DNA of 64,000 nt from Dehalococcoidia bacterium (GTDB lineage: Bacteria; Chloroflexota; Dehalococcoidia; UBA2979). A model generated the notes under the pieces. The model did no database searches. It saw only the letters and a program-made list of their open reading frames with translations, and was not told the origin of the DNA. Positions 27,419-36,408 of the stretch are shown piece after piece; the first letter of the stretch is position 1; each line of letters opens with the position of its first letter. The position numbers and the translations under genes were made by a program. The DNA lies in assembly GCA_963667465.2 (NCBI GenBank), contig CAXXDN010000002.1, positions 1,152,001 through 1,216,000 on the forward strand, in the 5' to 3' direction.

Positions 27419-30370
27419 CTACTCAGACTCGGCGCGTGCGCAGAGGTCTGGTATCGACTCGCAGGGGTTGTCGAAGCTCGCCGTCACGGTCCGGTTGCGG
27501 TTCATCGTGACCTTGCACGTCGTCCCGCTCGAGCTGTCACAGCCGATCCAGGCCTTGAGGTAGTACGGCGCTACCGCCGTGGCCGTGAGCGTGACGGGCG
27601 TCCCCTCCGTGTACGAGCCGGCACCGGTAACGCTCCCAGCGCTGCGCGGGACCGCCGCAGCGGAGAGGGTATAGCTGCGCTTCGCCCGGAACACAGCCTG
27701 ATAGATCACGTTGCCGCTGCTCGTCTGCACGCTGATCGAGCTGCTCGTGGCGCAACTACTGCTGGTCTGTCGTGCGAACTCGCCAGGCGGACGCAACTGC
27801 TGCCAGTAGTTGAAGCAGTAGCCCGCCTTCGCCGTTGCGCGGATCGGGACCGTCTTCCCGCAGTCGACGGTGTCGCTGCCCGTAGCGGCGCCGCCCGTCG
27901 AACCGACCGCCACGACGGTGCACTGCTCTGTGAAGCTGGCGTGGGCGCTCATGCTGGTCTTGTTCACCGTGATCGTCTTCGGGCTCTGTGCGCCGCTCAC
28001 GTCCCCCGACCAGCCGCTGAAGCGGTAGTTGTCGTCCGCCGTCGCGCGGATCGTGACCGAACGGCCGCAGTCGCCAGTGGAGCCGCCCGAGCTGATCTCG
28101 GCAGACCCGCCGCTGCCGTCCGTCACGCTGAGCGTGCACTGCGGCGTGGGCGGCGGCTTGGCTGCGAAGTGCGCCGCCACGCTGCGGTTCCTGTCCATAC
28201 GCACGCGACACGCCCCCGAGCCGCCGCAGTCGCCCGACCAGTGACTAAAGTCGTAGCCCGCCTTCTCGCTCGCTGTGGCCGTCCTCCACGTGCTCGCGCT
28301 GCACGGCACCGTCCCACCCCCGCCGACCGTCCCGCCTGTGTCGTCGTTGTCGCTCCCGCCGGTGTTCGGGATCACCGTCAGGGTGCACTGCGGCGGGGGA
28401 TCGTTGTCGTCCACCCGCACGGACGCTGCCGCGGGCGTCCCAACTGTGTAGCCGCTGCCCGGCTTCACCACCACGCTGATCGCTCCCGCCGCCTCATCGA
28501 CATTGTCGTCCTGGGTCGCGACGTCCCTTGTGAATGTTCCGCTGGTGGGAATCGCAATGGAGACGGTGCGCGGCAGCGTGGCGCTGGCGAAGCTGCCGGA
28601 CTCATCCTCCGTAATGGTAACGAGGAGCGGTGCGGCAGGCGCCGGTCTGGCGGTGATCGTGAACCGTGCGTCCGCGCCCTCCGTGACGCGGCCGCCACCG
28701 GCGACGCTCACGACGGGTACTACCGGCTCGTCATCGTCGCGGACCGTCACGGTTGCGGCATCGCCCGGCGGCGTAGCCACCTCGTATCCCGTACCTGACT
28801 TCACCGTCACCGTGACCGAGCCATCCGCTTCGTCGACCGAGTCCTGCACCGTCGGGACCTTGTAGGTCGCGGTGCCGCCCGTGGGTATTTCGACAGTCTT
28901 CGCTCCCTGGTTCGCGGAGGTGAGGTAGCTTCCCGATTCTGAGACCGTCAGCTCCACTGCGATCGCAGCAGTTGGAGTCGGGTCTGCTGTCAGCGTGAAC
29001 ACCGCGTCGCCGCCCTCCGTGATCGCGTTGCCGGAGGAAACCTTGACGATGGGCGAAGGGGTGGGCGTTGGCGTAGGAGAGCCACGTCTCGGGACGGAAC
29101 TCAGAGTGTACGCGGGGCCCGCTCCCTTCCCGTTCTTCGCGCGAACCTGCACCGTGTAGGTCCTCCCGTTCCTAAGCCCGGTCAGCGTGTGTGTAACCGC
29201 AGCACTGCCGCCTTGAACTATGGTCCACGCCGTCCATTCGGAATCCCGTTCGTCCTCTGCACGCCGCTTCGGCTTCGGCCGATAACGTACTTCGTAGCCA
29301 CTGGCCCTCGTGTTACTCGAACCAGCCCACGTAAGCCTGATCGCTCCGTCACGTTCAGTCGCTTCAACGTCGGCCGGTCGAACCACTGGAGCGCCGCATG
29401 GCACAACAGGTGCTGTAGATGGAGGACCTAGCTCAGCACCCGGCGCGGGCGGCGGATACAACTTGAAGACCCATGAATCCGAGCAAAATTCCCGTCGAGT
29501 CCCGTCAAAACCATGAGCGTCGTAGTTCAGTTCCGGGCCGCGGTAAACGTTGCGCCAAATGCTACTAAACGCCTCGTGGCTGTTCGCCTCTTGGTGCAGA
29601 TGCGGTGCGGTGGATGCGCACTTGGCGCCATCTCTGTTGGCAGGCGGTGTGCCCTCACGCCATCGCTGCTCGTACCATCGACCGAACATCCGCCGAACCG
29701 AAAAGGTCTGACCTTCTACCGTGACGCTCTGGATCGTTCCTACGCCCTCCGCGCCGTCCACGACGAGCGGTTTGGTGGTTGTCGCGCGCCTCTCGATCTC
29801 CGCTCCTGTATCGCTCTTTGTTGGAACCCAACTCGCGGGTAACAACTCACCGATCTGTTTGATCGTGACCGAGTTCTTTTCAGTTGTGAGATCGAGCTCG
29901 CTTCCGCGCGCGAAATAGTGGACGGCAACTCCGTTGACAACTTGGTATTCGGACGTGTGCAGAAAATAGACCTCACCAAGTGACTTGAAACTCCCATTGA
30001 TGTCACGGATGAACTCTGCCAATACGTAGCGGCATTCTGACTGTTCCCGTTGGTCCCATGTGAGCCTTACCTTGATTGCCGGATCGTCTGTTACTGTACG
30101 CACTGCGGCATACACTGGCTGGCCAACTGGCGCAGGGACGAAGTCGAGGGCATTCGCGTTGCCATAATGCCATCCTTGCGTCAATGTCACGTTCCGGGGC
30201 GAGAATGGAATCCCCGCTGGCTCGAGACCGGGCAGGATGTCGTATTCGCAGCGCGTCTCCTCACCCATGACTCGCACTGGATCCACGCTTGGTGACACGC
30301 CGAATGGTATCGCAGGCAAGGTGAGCCAAGCGACGAGCACGGAGAGTGTAGCGCTAGTGATACGCTGCAC
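27419..30370 (-). CDS. Secreted multidomain protein: divergent M23-like peptidase, FN3, Calx-beta-like and InlB-B-type repeats
   Basis: Signal peptide; WH..ALD, VYAA, YFLH, STAPHLH; FN3 (LTGLRNGRTYTVQVRAKN); DSVDEADGSVTV repeats; FSHWSGDCGG..C.V.M..NR.V.A.F repeats. Confidence 0.75.
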   Translation of the reverse strand: MQRITSATLSVLVAWLTLPAIPFGVSPSVDPVRVMGEETRCEYDILPGLEPAGIPFSPRNVTLTQGWHYGNANALDFVPAPVGQPVYAAVRTVTDDPAIKVRLTWDQREQSECRYVLAEFIRDINGSFKSLGEVYFLHTSEYQVVNGVAVHYFARGSELDLTTEKNSVTIKQIGELLPASWVPTKSDTGAEIERRATTTKPLVVDGAEGVGTIQSVTVEGQTFSVRRMFGRWYEQRWREGTPPANRDGAKCASTAPHLHQEANSHEAFSSIWRNVYRGPELNYDAHGFDGTRREFCSDSWVFKLYPPPAPGAELGPPSTAPVVPCGAPVVRPADVEATERDGAIRLTWAGSSNTRASGYEVRYRPKPKRRAEDERDSEWTAWTIVQGGSAAVTHTLTGLRNGRTYTVQVRAKNGKGAGPAYTLSSVPRRGSPTPTPTPSPIVKVSSGNAITEGGDAVFTLTADPTPTAAIAVELTVSESGSYLTSANQGAKTVEIPTGGTATYKVPTVQDSVDEADGSVTVTVKSGTGYEVATPPGDAATVTVRDDDEPVVPVVSVAGGGRVTEGADARFTITARPAPAAPLLVTITEDESGSFASATLPRTVSIAIPTSGTFTRDVATQDDNVDEAAGAISVVVKPGSGYTVGTPAAASVRVDDNDPPPQCTLTVIPNTGGSDNDDTGGTVGGGGTVPCSASTWRTATASEKAGYDFSHWSGDCGGSGACRVRMDRNRSVAAHFAAKPPPTPQCTLSVTDGSGGSAEISSGGSTGDCGRSVTIRATADDNYRFSGWSGDVSGAQSPKTITVNKTSMSAHASFTEQCTVVAVGSTGGAATGSDTVDCGKTVPIRATAKAGYCFNYWQQLRPPGEFARQTSSSCATSSSISVQTSSGNVIYQAVFRAKRSYTLSAAAVPRSAGSVTGAGSYTEGTPVTLTATAVAPYYLKAWIGCDSSSGTTCKVTMNRNRTVTASFDNPCESIPDLCARAESE

Positions 30371-30376
30371 GATGAC

Positions 30377-32470
30377 CTACTCGGCGAAGAGGCTCCGGGC
30401 AATCGCCACTACTCCCTTGAGCCGATCGCCCCTCAGGCTCCCGTCCAGGCCGGTCACGGTGTACATGGTGCCAGTTGCCGCGTCGTAGATGGAGACGACG
30501 ACGCGGGCGAGCTTGTCATGATTGGGACCGGGAGGACTGTAGATTACAGTCGCTGGCCGTCCGTCCAGCACGAGTGCTTCTTGTACGATCGAGCCACTCG
30601 CCCACAGTGCCTGATCTCGATCGTGAAGCAGGCTGAGATAGAAGCCGCAGATTCTTACACCTGCGTAGCCGCTGGATGTCACGAAGACGGCGCAATACCC
30701 ATGATCGGGATCGGATGGCGTTCCGCTGCTGGCACTCCCGAACGTCCATCCGCCAGGAAGGGTCGGAGTGCTCCAGTACGGAAGTTTCCGGGCCTCGGCG
30801 AGACTTGTCGTGTAGACAGGACTCGCGCTCGAATCCGCGGGCGTGTCCCGGTACTGTTCGGGCACCGTCAGGCCGCGCCAAGTCTCAGGAACAAGCTGGA
30901 ACGGCCCGTGCAACACGGGCGTTGTGAGCGACGCTCCACCGTAGACGGGCGGCTCCTCCAGCATCACCCCGCTCACCGTCGAGTCGAAGGCGATTGCCCC
31001 GCTACAAGCCGCGAACGCGAACGTCACGGGTTCGAGCGCGAGGTTCTTCCGCGGCTGCTCCCCTACGGGGTCCGGCAGCACGTTCGTGACTCGGTAGTCG
31101 ATCCAGCAGTGCTCGGTCAGTTCCCAGCGCAGGTAGTCGCCAGCTGTGACCTCACCGTACGCGGCCGCGTGCGAAACCCCGGAGGCGTCGCGCTGGTGGA
31201 TCAGAAGCCTGCTCGCATCCTCGCGCAGGCTCTCCCAGGTCGTGAGCACCGCAGGCGTCATGAGGGCCTCGGCGCTCTGCTCACCCTGCTGCTGCGCGCC
31301 CGATCCTCCGAAGAACGCGTAGCTTCCCGGCTTCGTCGCCTCGCCGGTCGTGTCGAGCTGGTTGTACGGTAGCGCGGAGGACTCCGGGCTCTGTACGAAC
31401 ACGGCGCTCGCTGTGCGGTCCGCGTCCATCGTGAGTGAGCACGTCGTCGAGGTCGCTGGCGTGCCAGCGCAGTCATCGCCCCACGACGACAGCTGGTACC
31501 CGTCCGCAGCGGTCGCCGTGACGGTGACGACTGTACCCGCAGCGTGGCTCTCCCCCGCGGGGTCCGCACTCAGGCTCCCATCCGTCGCGGCGGAGAGCGT
31601 CAGCGCGTAGGTCACCGGTGTCGCCGTGGCCGTTGGCGTCGGCGTGGCCGTCGCTGTCGCCGTGGCGGTCGGTGTCGATGTGGCCGTCGCAGTCGCAGTC
31701 GGCGTGGGGGTGGGCGTGGCGCAGTCCTTGATCGAGAGCTTCCCGAGGTCGTTGCTCGACACCTTGCGCAGCACGGGCGGCAGGCAGCCCGTGAAGGCGT
31801 TGCCCGACACCTTCAACGTCGAGAGCCCCTCGAGGTTCGCGGGCAGGCTGCCGGTCAGCCTGTTGCCGTTCACGGTCAGGTGCCGCAGCGTGGCCGACTG
31901 ACCCAGTTCCTCCGGGATGGACCCGCTCAGCTGGTTGCCGGCCAGGTGCAGCGCCCACAGCGGTGGGCCTGAGCCCAACTCCTTCGGGATGCTCCCCGTG
32001 AGGCGGTTGCCGGTGACGTTCAGGTAGCTGAGCGCCCTGAGTTGCGCCCACTCTTTCGGAATGCCGCCCGTGAGCTGGTTGTCGTTCAGCGCCAGGCTCA
32101 CGAGGGGCGTCAACTGCGAGAGGCTGGGGGGCAGCGTGCCCGCAAGCCCCCTGTCGATGAGGTTGAGGGTCGTGACGCGCCCGGATTGCACGTGCACGCC
32201 GTCCCAGCTCGCGATCGCGAGGTCGGCGCTCCAGTTCAGGGTGGCCGTTCCCGCGAGTTGCGACTTGAGACCGAGCAGCACCTCGCAGTCGCGCGCGAGC
32301 TCGCCGCCAGCAGGCGTGGCCCCGCCCGTCTCACACGCGGTTTGCGCCTGCGCGGCGCCGCCGCCGCTGTCGAAGCCCAGCCAGAGGCCGCTCACGACGG
32401 CGAGCGAGACGACGACGCTGACCGCCACGAGCAGCCACGCGCGCTGCGCCATCGCAAGCCGCCTCGCCAT
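30377..32470 (-). CDS. Secreted leucine-rich-repeat protein with Thr-rich linker, InlB-B-type repeat and uncharacterised C-terminal domain
   Basis: L.L..N.L.G.IP.EL plant-type LRRs; N-terminal signal/TM; WGDDCAG..TCSLTMDADRTASAVF. Confidence 0.85.
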   Translation of the reverse strand: MARRLAMAQRAWLLVAVSVVVSLAVVSGLWLGFDSGGGAAQAQTACETGGATPAGGELARDCEVLLGLKSQLAGTATLNWSADLAIASWDGVHVQSGRVTTLNLIDRGLAGTLPPSLSQLTPLVSLALNDNQLTGGIPKEWAQLRALSYLNVTGNRLTGSIPKELGSGPPLWALHLAGNQLSGSIPEELGQSATLRHLTVNGNRLTGSLPANLEGLSTLKVSGNAFTGCLPPVLRKVSSNDLGKLSIKDCATPTPTPTATATATSTPTATATATATPTPTATATPVTYALTLSAATDGSLSADPAGESHAAGTVVTVTATAADGYQLSSWGDDCAGTPATSTTCSLTMDADRTASAVFVQSPESSALPYNQLDTTGEATKPGSYAFFGGSGAQQQGEQSAEALMTPAVLTTWESLREDASRLLIHQRDASGVSHAAAYGEVTAGDYLRWELTEHCWIDYRVTNVLPDPVGEQPRKNLALEPVTFAFAACSGAIAFDSTVSGVMLEEPPVYGGASLTTPVLHGPFQLVPETWRGLTVPEQYRDTPADSSASPVYTTSLAEARKLPYWSTPTLPGGWTFGSASSGTPSDPDHGYCAVFVTSSGYAGVRICGFYLSLLHDRDQALWASGSIVQEALVLDGRPATVIYSPPGPNHDKLARVVVSIYDAATGTMYTVTGLDGSLRGDRLKGVVAIARSLFAE

Positions 32471-32711
32471 CGTTCGCAGGTGCGTCAGGGCATTGCTCGC
32501 ATGCTGCCCGCCGACTCTGTGCTTCTCTGTGCTCCCATCAATCTACACCGAGCGTGGTTGCCTCGGCGTGGCCATGGGGTCGCCGACGATTACGCCGATT
32601 GCACGGACGCAGCGGCGATCCCGCCCACACGGCTCACCCTGCCGTTCCGGTCCCCTCGCCCCCGGTCATGCAGCGGGAGCGGGAGCAGAGCGGAGAGGCG
32701 AGGGGCGCCGC

Positions 32712-34085
32712 TTACCCTCGGGTGCTCGCCTCGACGGTGACGGGGACCGGGGCCGCGTCGCGCCGCAGCGCGAGCGCCTCGATCATCCGGCCGCGCTCCT
32801 CAGCCTCCACCTCCGGGGCGAAGCGCACGACGAGCACCAGGCTGGAGACCAGCACCACGAAGCCGCCGAGGAACAGGAATGCGTCCTGCGTCGTGATGCT
32901 CTCGGCGCGGAACAGGAAGCCCGCCGCGACCGCGCCGGCGTTCCCGCCCGCCCCGACGATCCCGGCCACCGAGCCGAGCGCGTTGCGGTTCACGAAGGGC
33001 ACGACCGAGAACGTCGCACCCTCCGACATCTGGACGAAGATGCTGAACACGATCATCGCGGGGATCGCCAGCAGCAGGACGTCCATCCGCGAGAACACCA
33101 TCAGCGCGATGCCCTCGAGGCACAGCACGATGCCGAGGAACAGCACCCGCCCGCGCAGCCCGAAGCGCACCCCGGCGAGGTCGCCGAAGAAGCCGCCGAG
33201 TGTCCGCGCGAAGAGGTTCATCAGCCCGAACAGCCCCGCGATGAGTCCGGCCATGCCGACGCTCAGGTTGAAGTGGTCGTGGTAGTAGAGCGCGGCGACG
33301 TTGTTGATGGTCAGCTCGATGCCGAAGCATGCGCCGTAGATGACGAACAGCGCCCACACGCGCGGGTCACGCGCAGCCTCCCGGAACGAGCCTCTCGTCG
33401 CCTCGACGGGAGCAAGGTCGCCGCGCGCGCGTAGCTCGTCGAAGTTGCCGTCGGGCGCGTCCTTCGTGAAGCGCGAGTAGGCGATGCCGGTGATGAACAG
33501 CGCCACGCCCGGCACGACCATCGCAAGCCGCCAGCCGATGGTCTCGCCGACGCCGAACATCAGCACACCCGCGAGCAGGAGCGGCATCACCATCTGCGTC
33601 ACGCCGCCACCGAGGTTGCCCCAACCGGCCGTCGTCGCGTTCGCGGTGCCCACGATGTTCGGGGCGAACATCACCGAGGTGTGGTACTGCGTGATGACGA
33701 ACGACGCGCCGATGACGCCGATCGCGAGCCGGAACAGCAGGAACGACTCGTAGCTCTGCGCCAGGCCGATGCCCATCACGGGGATCGAGCCGACGATGAG
33801 CAGCCAGGTGTAGGCCCGGCGCGGACCGATGCGGTCGCTCAGCCAGCCGATCACGAGGCGGGCGACGATTGTGACCGCGACAGACGCGATGATCGTGTTG
33901 CCGATCTGCGTCTTCGTGAGACCGAGGTCGTCACGGACGATCGCCATCAGCGGCGCAATCCCGAACCACCCGAAGAACGCGAGGAAGAACGCGAACCACG
34001 ACATGTGGAACGCGCGCATCTGCACGCTCTTCAGTGAGAACAGGGAGATGCTGGTTGCCTTGTTCTGGATCTGTGCCGAGTTCAC
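32712..34085 (-). CDS. MFS nitrate/nitrite transporter (NarK/NRT2 family)
   Basis: MRAFHMSWFAFF, GTANATTAGWGNLGGG nitrate signature, GIVGAGGNAG. Confidence 0.92.
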   Translation of the reverse strand: MNSAQIQNKATSISLFSLKSVQMRAFHMSWFAFFLAFFGWFGIAPLMAIVRDDLGLTKTQIGNTIIASVAVTIVARLVIGWLSDRIGPRRAYTWLLIVGSIPVMGIGLAQSYESFLLFRLAIGVIGASFVITQYHTSVMFAPNIVGTANATTAGWGNLGGGVTQMVMPLLLAGVLMFGVGETIGWRLAMVVPGVALFITGIAYSRFTKDAPDGNFDELRARGDLAPVEATRGSFREAARDPRVWALFVIYGACFGIELTINNVAALYYHDHFNLSVGMAGLIAGLFGLMNLFARTLGGFFGDLAGVRFGLRGRVLFLGIVLCLEGIALMVFSRMDVLLLAIPAMIVFSIFVQMSEGATFSVVPFVNRNALGSVAGIVGAGGNAGAVAAGFLFRAESITTQDAFLFLGGFVVLVSSLVLVVRFAPEVEAEERGRMIEALALRRDAAPVPVTVEASTRG

Positions 34086-34121
34086 CGCGCGCTCCTTCCT
34101 CGCCTGCAGCGGTCGAGTAAC

Positions 34122-34175
34122 AGGCTAGGGACGGCGCGTTACCGCACCGTGCCATCCGCGTGAACTCCGGGAGAC
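34122..34175 (-). promoter_or_regulatory. Promoter with 11-bp-periodic GlnR/OmpR-like boxes
   Basis: GTCTC-n6-TTCAC-n6-GGCAC-n6-GTAAC-n10-TAGCCT. Confidence 0.6.
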
Positions 34176-34203
34176 AAGGGAATTGCGGCGAGGTGACGAG
34201 GGC

Positions 34204-36402
34204 TTATCGGCGGCGTAAACGCGGTGTTTCGCGCGATACGGCAGCGGCCGCGACCGGCTCGACGCGGACGGCGGCGAACTTCAGATCGGGCTGCTTCGAG
34301 CGTGCGTCGATGGCCTCGCTGGTGGCGTTGTTGGTGATGGCGTGGCGGTTGAAGATCTCGCCCCAGTGGAACGGCGCGAAGACCGCGCCGCTGCGGATCC
34401 TGTCGGTGACCCGCGCCTTCACCTCAAGGCTGCCGCGCCGCGAGATGACTCGCACGAGCTGCTGGTCGCGCACGCCGAGGTCATCGGCGTCGTCGGGGTG
34501 CACCTCGAGGAACGGTTCGTGCTCGCTGCGCAGCAGCTTCGGCACCTTGCCGGTGCGGGTCATCGTGTGCCACTGGTCCTTGACGCGCCCGGTGAGCAGC
34601 GCCAGGGGGTACTCGTCGCTGAGGATCTCCGCCGGCGTGCGAAACGCCGGCGCGTGGAAGCGCGCGCGGCCGTCGGGCGTGGGGAAGCGGCCCGCCCCGA
34701 ACAGCCTCGGCGACGGCGCGACCTTGCCCGTGGCGTCGGCCAGCACCGAGCCCTCGGGGTGTGGCCACTGGATGCCCGTGCCGGCCTGCCGCAGCAGGTC
34801 GTAGCTGACCCCGGTGATGTCGAGGTCGCGCCCGCGTGTCAGCTCGCGGTACTCGTCGAAGATTGCCTCGGTGTCCTCGTAGTCGAAGTCGGCGCCGTAG
34901 CCGAGGGCTTCCGCAACGCGGCAGATGATCTGCCAGTCCGGCAGCGCGAGGCCTGGCGCCTCCCCGATCTGCTCGAGCAGGCAGATGCGTCGCTCGCTGT
35001 TGGTCATCGTGCCCGGCCGCTCGGACCACTGCGCGGCGGGCAGCAGTACGTCGGCGATGCGGCCGGTCTCCGTCGGGTAGTAGGCGTCCTGCACCACGAC
35101 CAGCTCGGCGCGCTGGAGCGCCGCCCGCACGCGCTCGGCGTTGGGGAGCGACGCGACGGGGTTGGTCGCGGCGATCCACACGACCTTCACCTCGTCGAGC
35201 TCGAGCGCCTCGACCAGCTCGATCGCGGTGAGGCCGGGCCGGTCGGAGATCGAGCCGGGCTCGAGGCCCCACGCGCGCTCGACCTCGGCGCGGTGTTCGG
35301 CGTTGGCGACCACGCGGTGCCCCGGCAGCGTCGTGGCGAGGCCGCCGCACTCGCGGCCACCCATCGCGTTGGGCTGGCCGGTGAGCGAGAAGGGGCCGGC
35401 GCCGGGCTTGCCGATGTTGCCCGTCGCCAGTGAGAGGTTGATGAGCGCGAGGTTCTTGTCGACGCCCGACGTGCTCTGGTTCGCGCCCATCGTCCACAGG
35501 CTCAGCAGCGGCCCATTCGTCGCGATGATGCGCGCCGTATCGACGATCTCCTGCGCGTCGAGGCCCGTCACCGACGACGTCCGCTCGGCGGACGAGCCCT
35601 CGAGGGCGGCTTCGACGTCCGCCCAGCCGCTGGTGCGGTCCTCGATGAAACGCTGGTCCAGGCCGCCCGCGAGCCGTACCTCGAACAGCAGCGAGAGGAG
35701 CAGCGCGACGTCGGTGCCGGGAAGCACGGGCAGGTGGATGTCGGCGATCTCGGCGGTGCGGGTGCGCCGCGGGTCGACGACGATCACCCTGACGCCGTCG
35801 CGGTCGGCGCGCTTCCGCGCCTTGATGCGGTCGAACAGGATCGGGTGACACGCCTCGATGTTCGCGCCGAGGATGAGGAACGTGTTGGCTGCCTCGATGT
35901 CCTCGTACGAGGCGGGCGGCGAGTCGGCGCCGAAGGCGAGGTTGTACGCAGCGACGGCGCTGGCCATGCACAGCCGCGAGTTGGTGTCCTGGTTGTTGGT
36001 GCCGATGAAGCCCTTCGCCAGCTTGCCGAAGAGGTAGTAGTCCTCGGTCATCAACTGGCCCGATCCATACAGCATGATCGAGTCCGGCCCGTGCTCGGCG
36101 ACGTTGCGGCGGATCGACTCCGCGACGCGGTCGATCGCCTCGCCCCACCCGGTGACGCGCGTGTGCGCGCCCTTGCGGTCGCGCAGCATCGGGGTGAGCA
36201 GGCGGTCGCCGGTGTCGAAGACCTGGCCGAGCAGCGCGCCCTTGGCGCAGAGCTTGCCCTTGTTGACGGGGTGGTCGGGATCGCCGCGCACCTCGCGCGC
36301 TACGCCGTCCTTCGCGCGCACGAGCAGGCCGCAGCCGGTGCCGCAGTAGCAGCAGATGGAGCGGCGCCAGCCGTCACCCGCCAGCAGGGGCAGCCTTGCC
36401 AC
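34204..36402 (-). CDS. narB: Assimilatory nitrate reductase, Mo-bisPGD catalytic subunit (NarB-like)
   Basis: CCYCGTGCG..LCAKG [4Fe-4S], DTNSRLCMASA, TGQPNAMGGRE, TGRVKDQWHTMTRTG, SKQPDLK. Confidence 0.88.
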   Translation of the reverse strand: MARLPLLAGDGWRRSICCYCGTGCGLLVRAKDGVAREVRGDPDHPVNKGKLCAKGALLGQVFDTGDRLLTPMLRDRKGAHTRVTGWGEAIDRVAESIRRNVAEHGPDSIMLYGSGQLMTEDYYLFGKLAKGFIGTNNQDTNSRLCMASAVAAYNLAFGADSPPASYEDIEAANTFLILGANIEACHPILFDRIKARKRADRDGVRVIVVDPRRTRTAEIADIHLPVLPGTDVALLLSLLFEVRLAGGLDQRFIEDRTSGWADVEAALEGSSAERTSSVTGLDAQEIVDTARIIATNGPLLSLWTMGANQSTSGVDKNLALINLSLATGNIGKPGAGPFSLTGQPNAMGGRECGGLATTLPGHRVVANAEHRAEVERAWGLEPGSISDRPGLTAIELVEALELDEVKVVWIAATNPVASLPNAERVRAALQRAELVVVQDAYYPTETGRIADVLLPAAQWSERPGTMTNSERRICLLEQIGEAPGLALPDWQIICRVAEALGYGADFDYEDTEAIFDEYRELTRGRDLDITGVSYDLLRQAGTGIQWPHPEGSVLADATGKVAPSPRLFGAGRFPTPDGRARFHAPAFRTPAEILSDEYPLALLTGRVKDQWHTMTRTGKVPKLLRSEHEPFLEVHPDDADDLGVRDQQLVRVISRRGSLEVKARVTDRIRSGAVFAPFHWGEIFNRHAITNNATSEAIDARSKQPDLKFAAVRVEPVAAAAVSRETPRLRRR

Positions 36403-36408
36403 GTCGCA

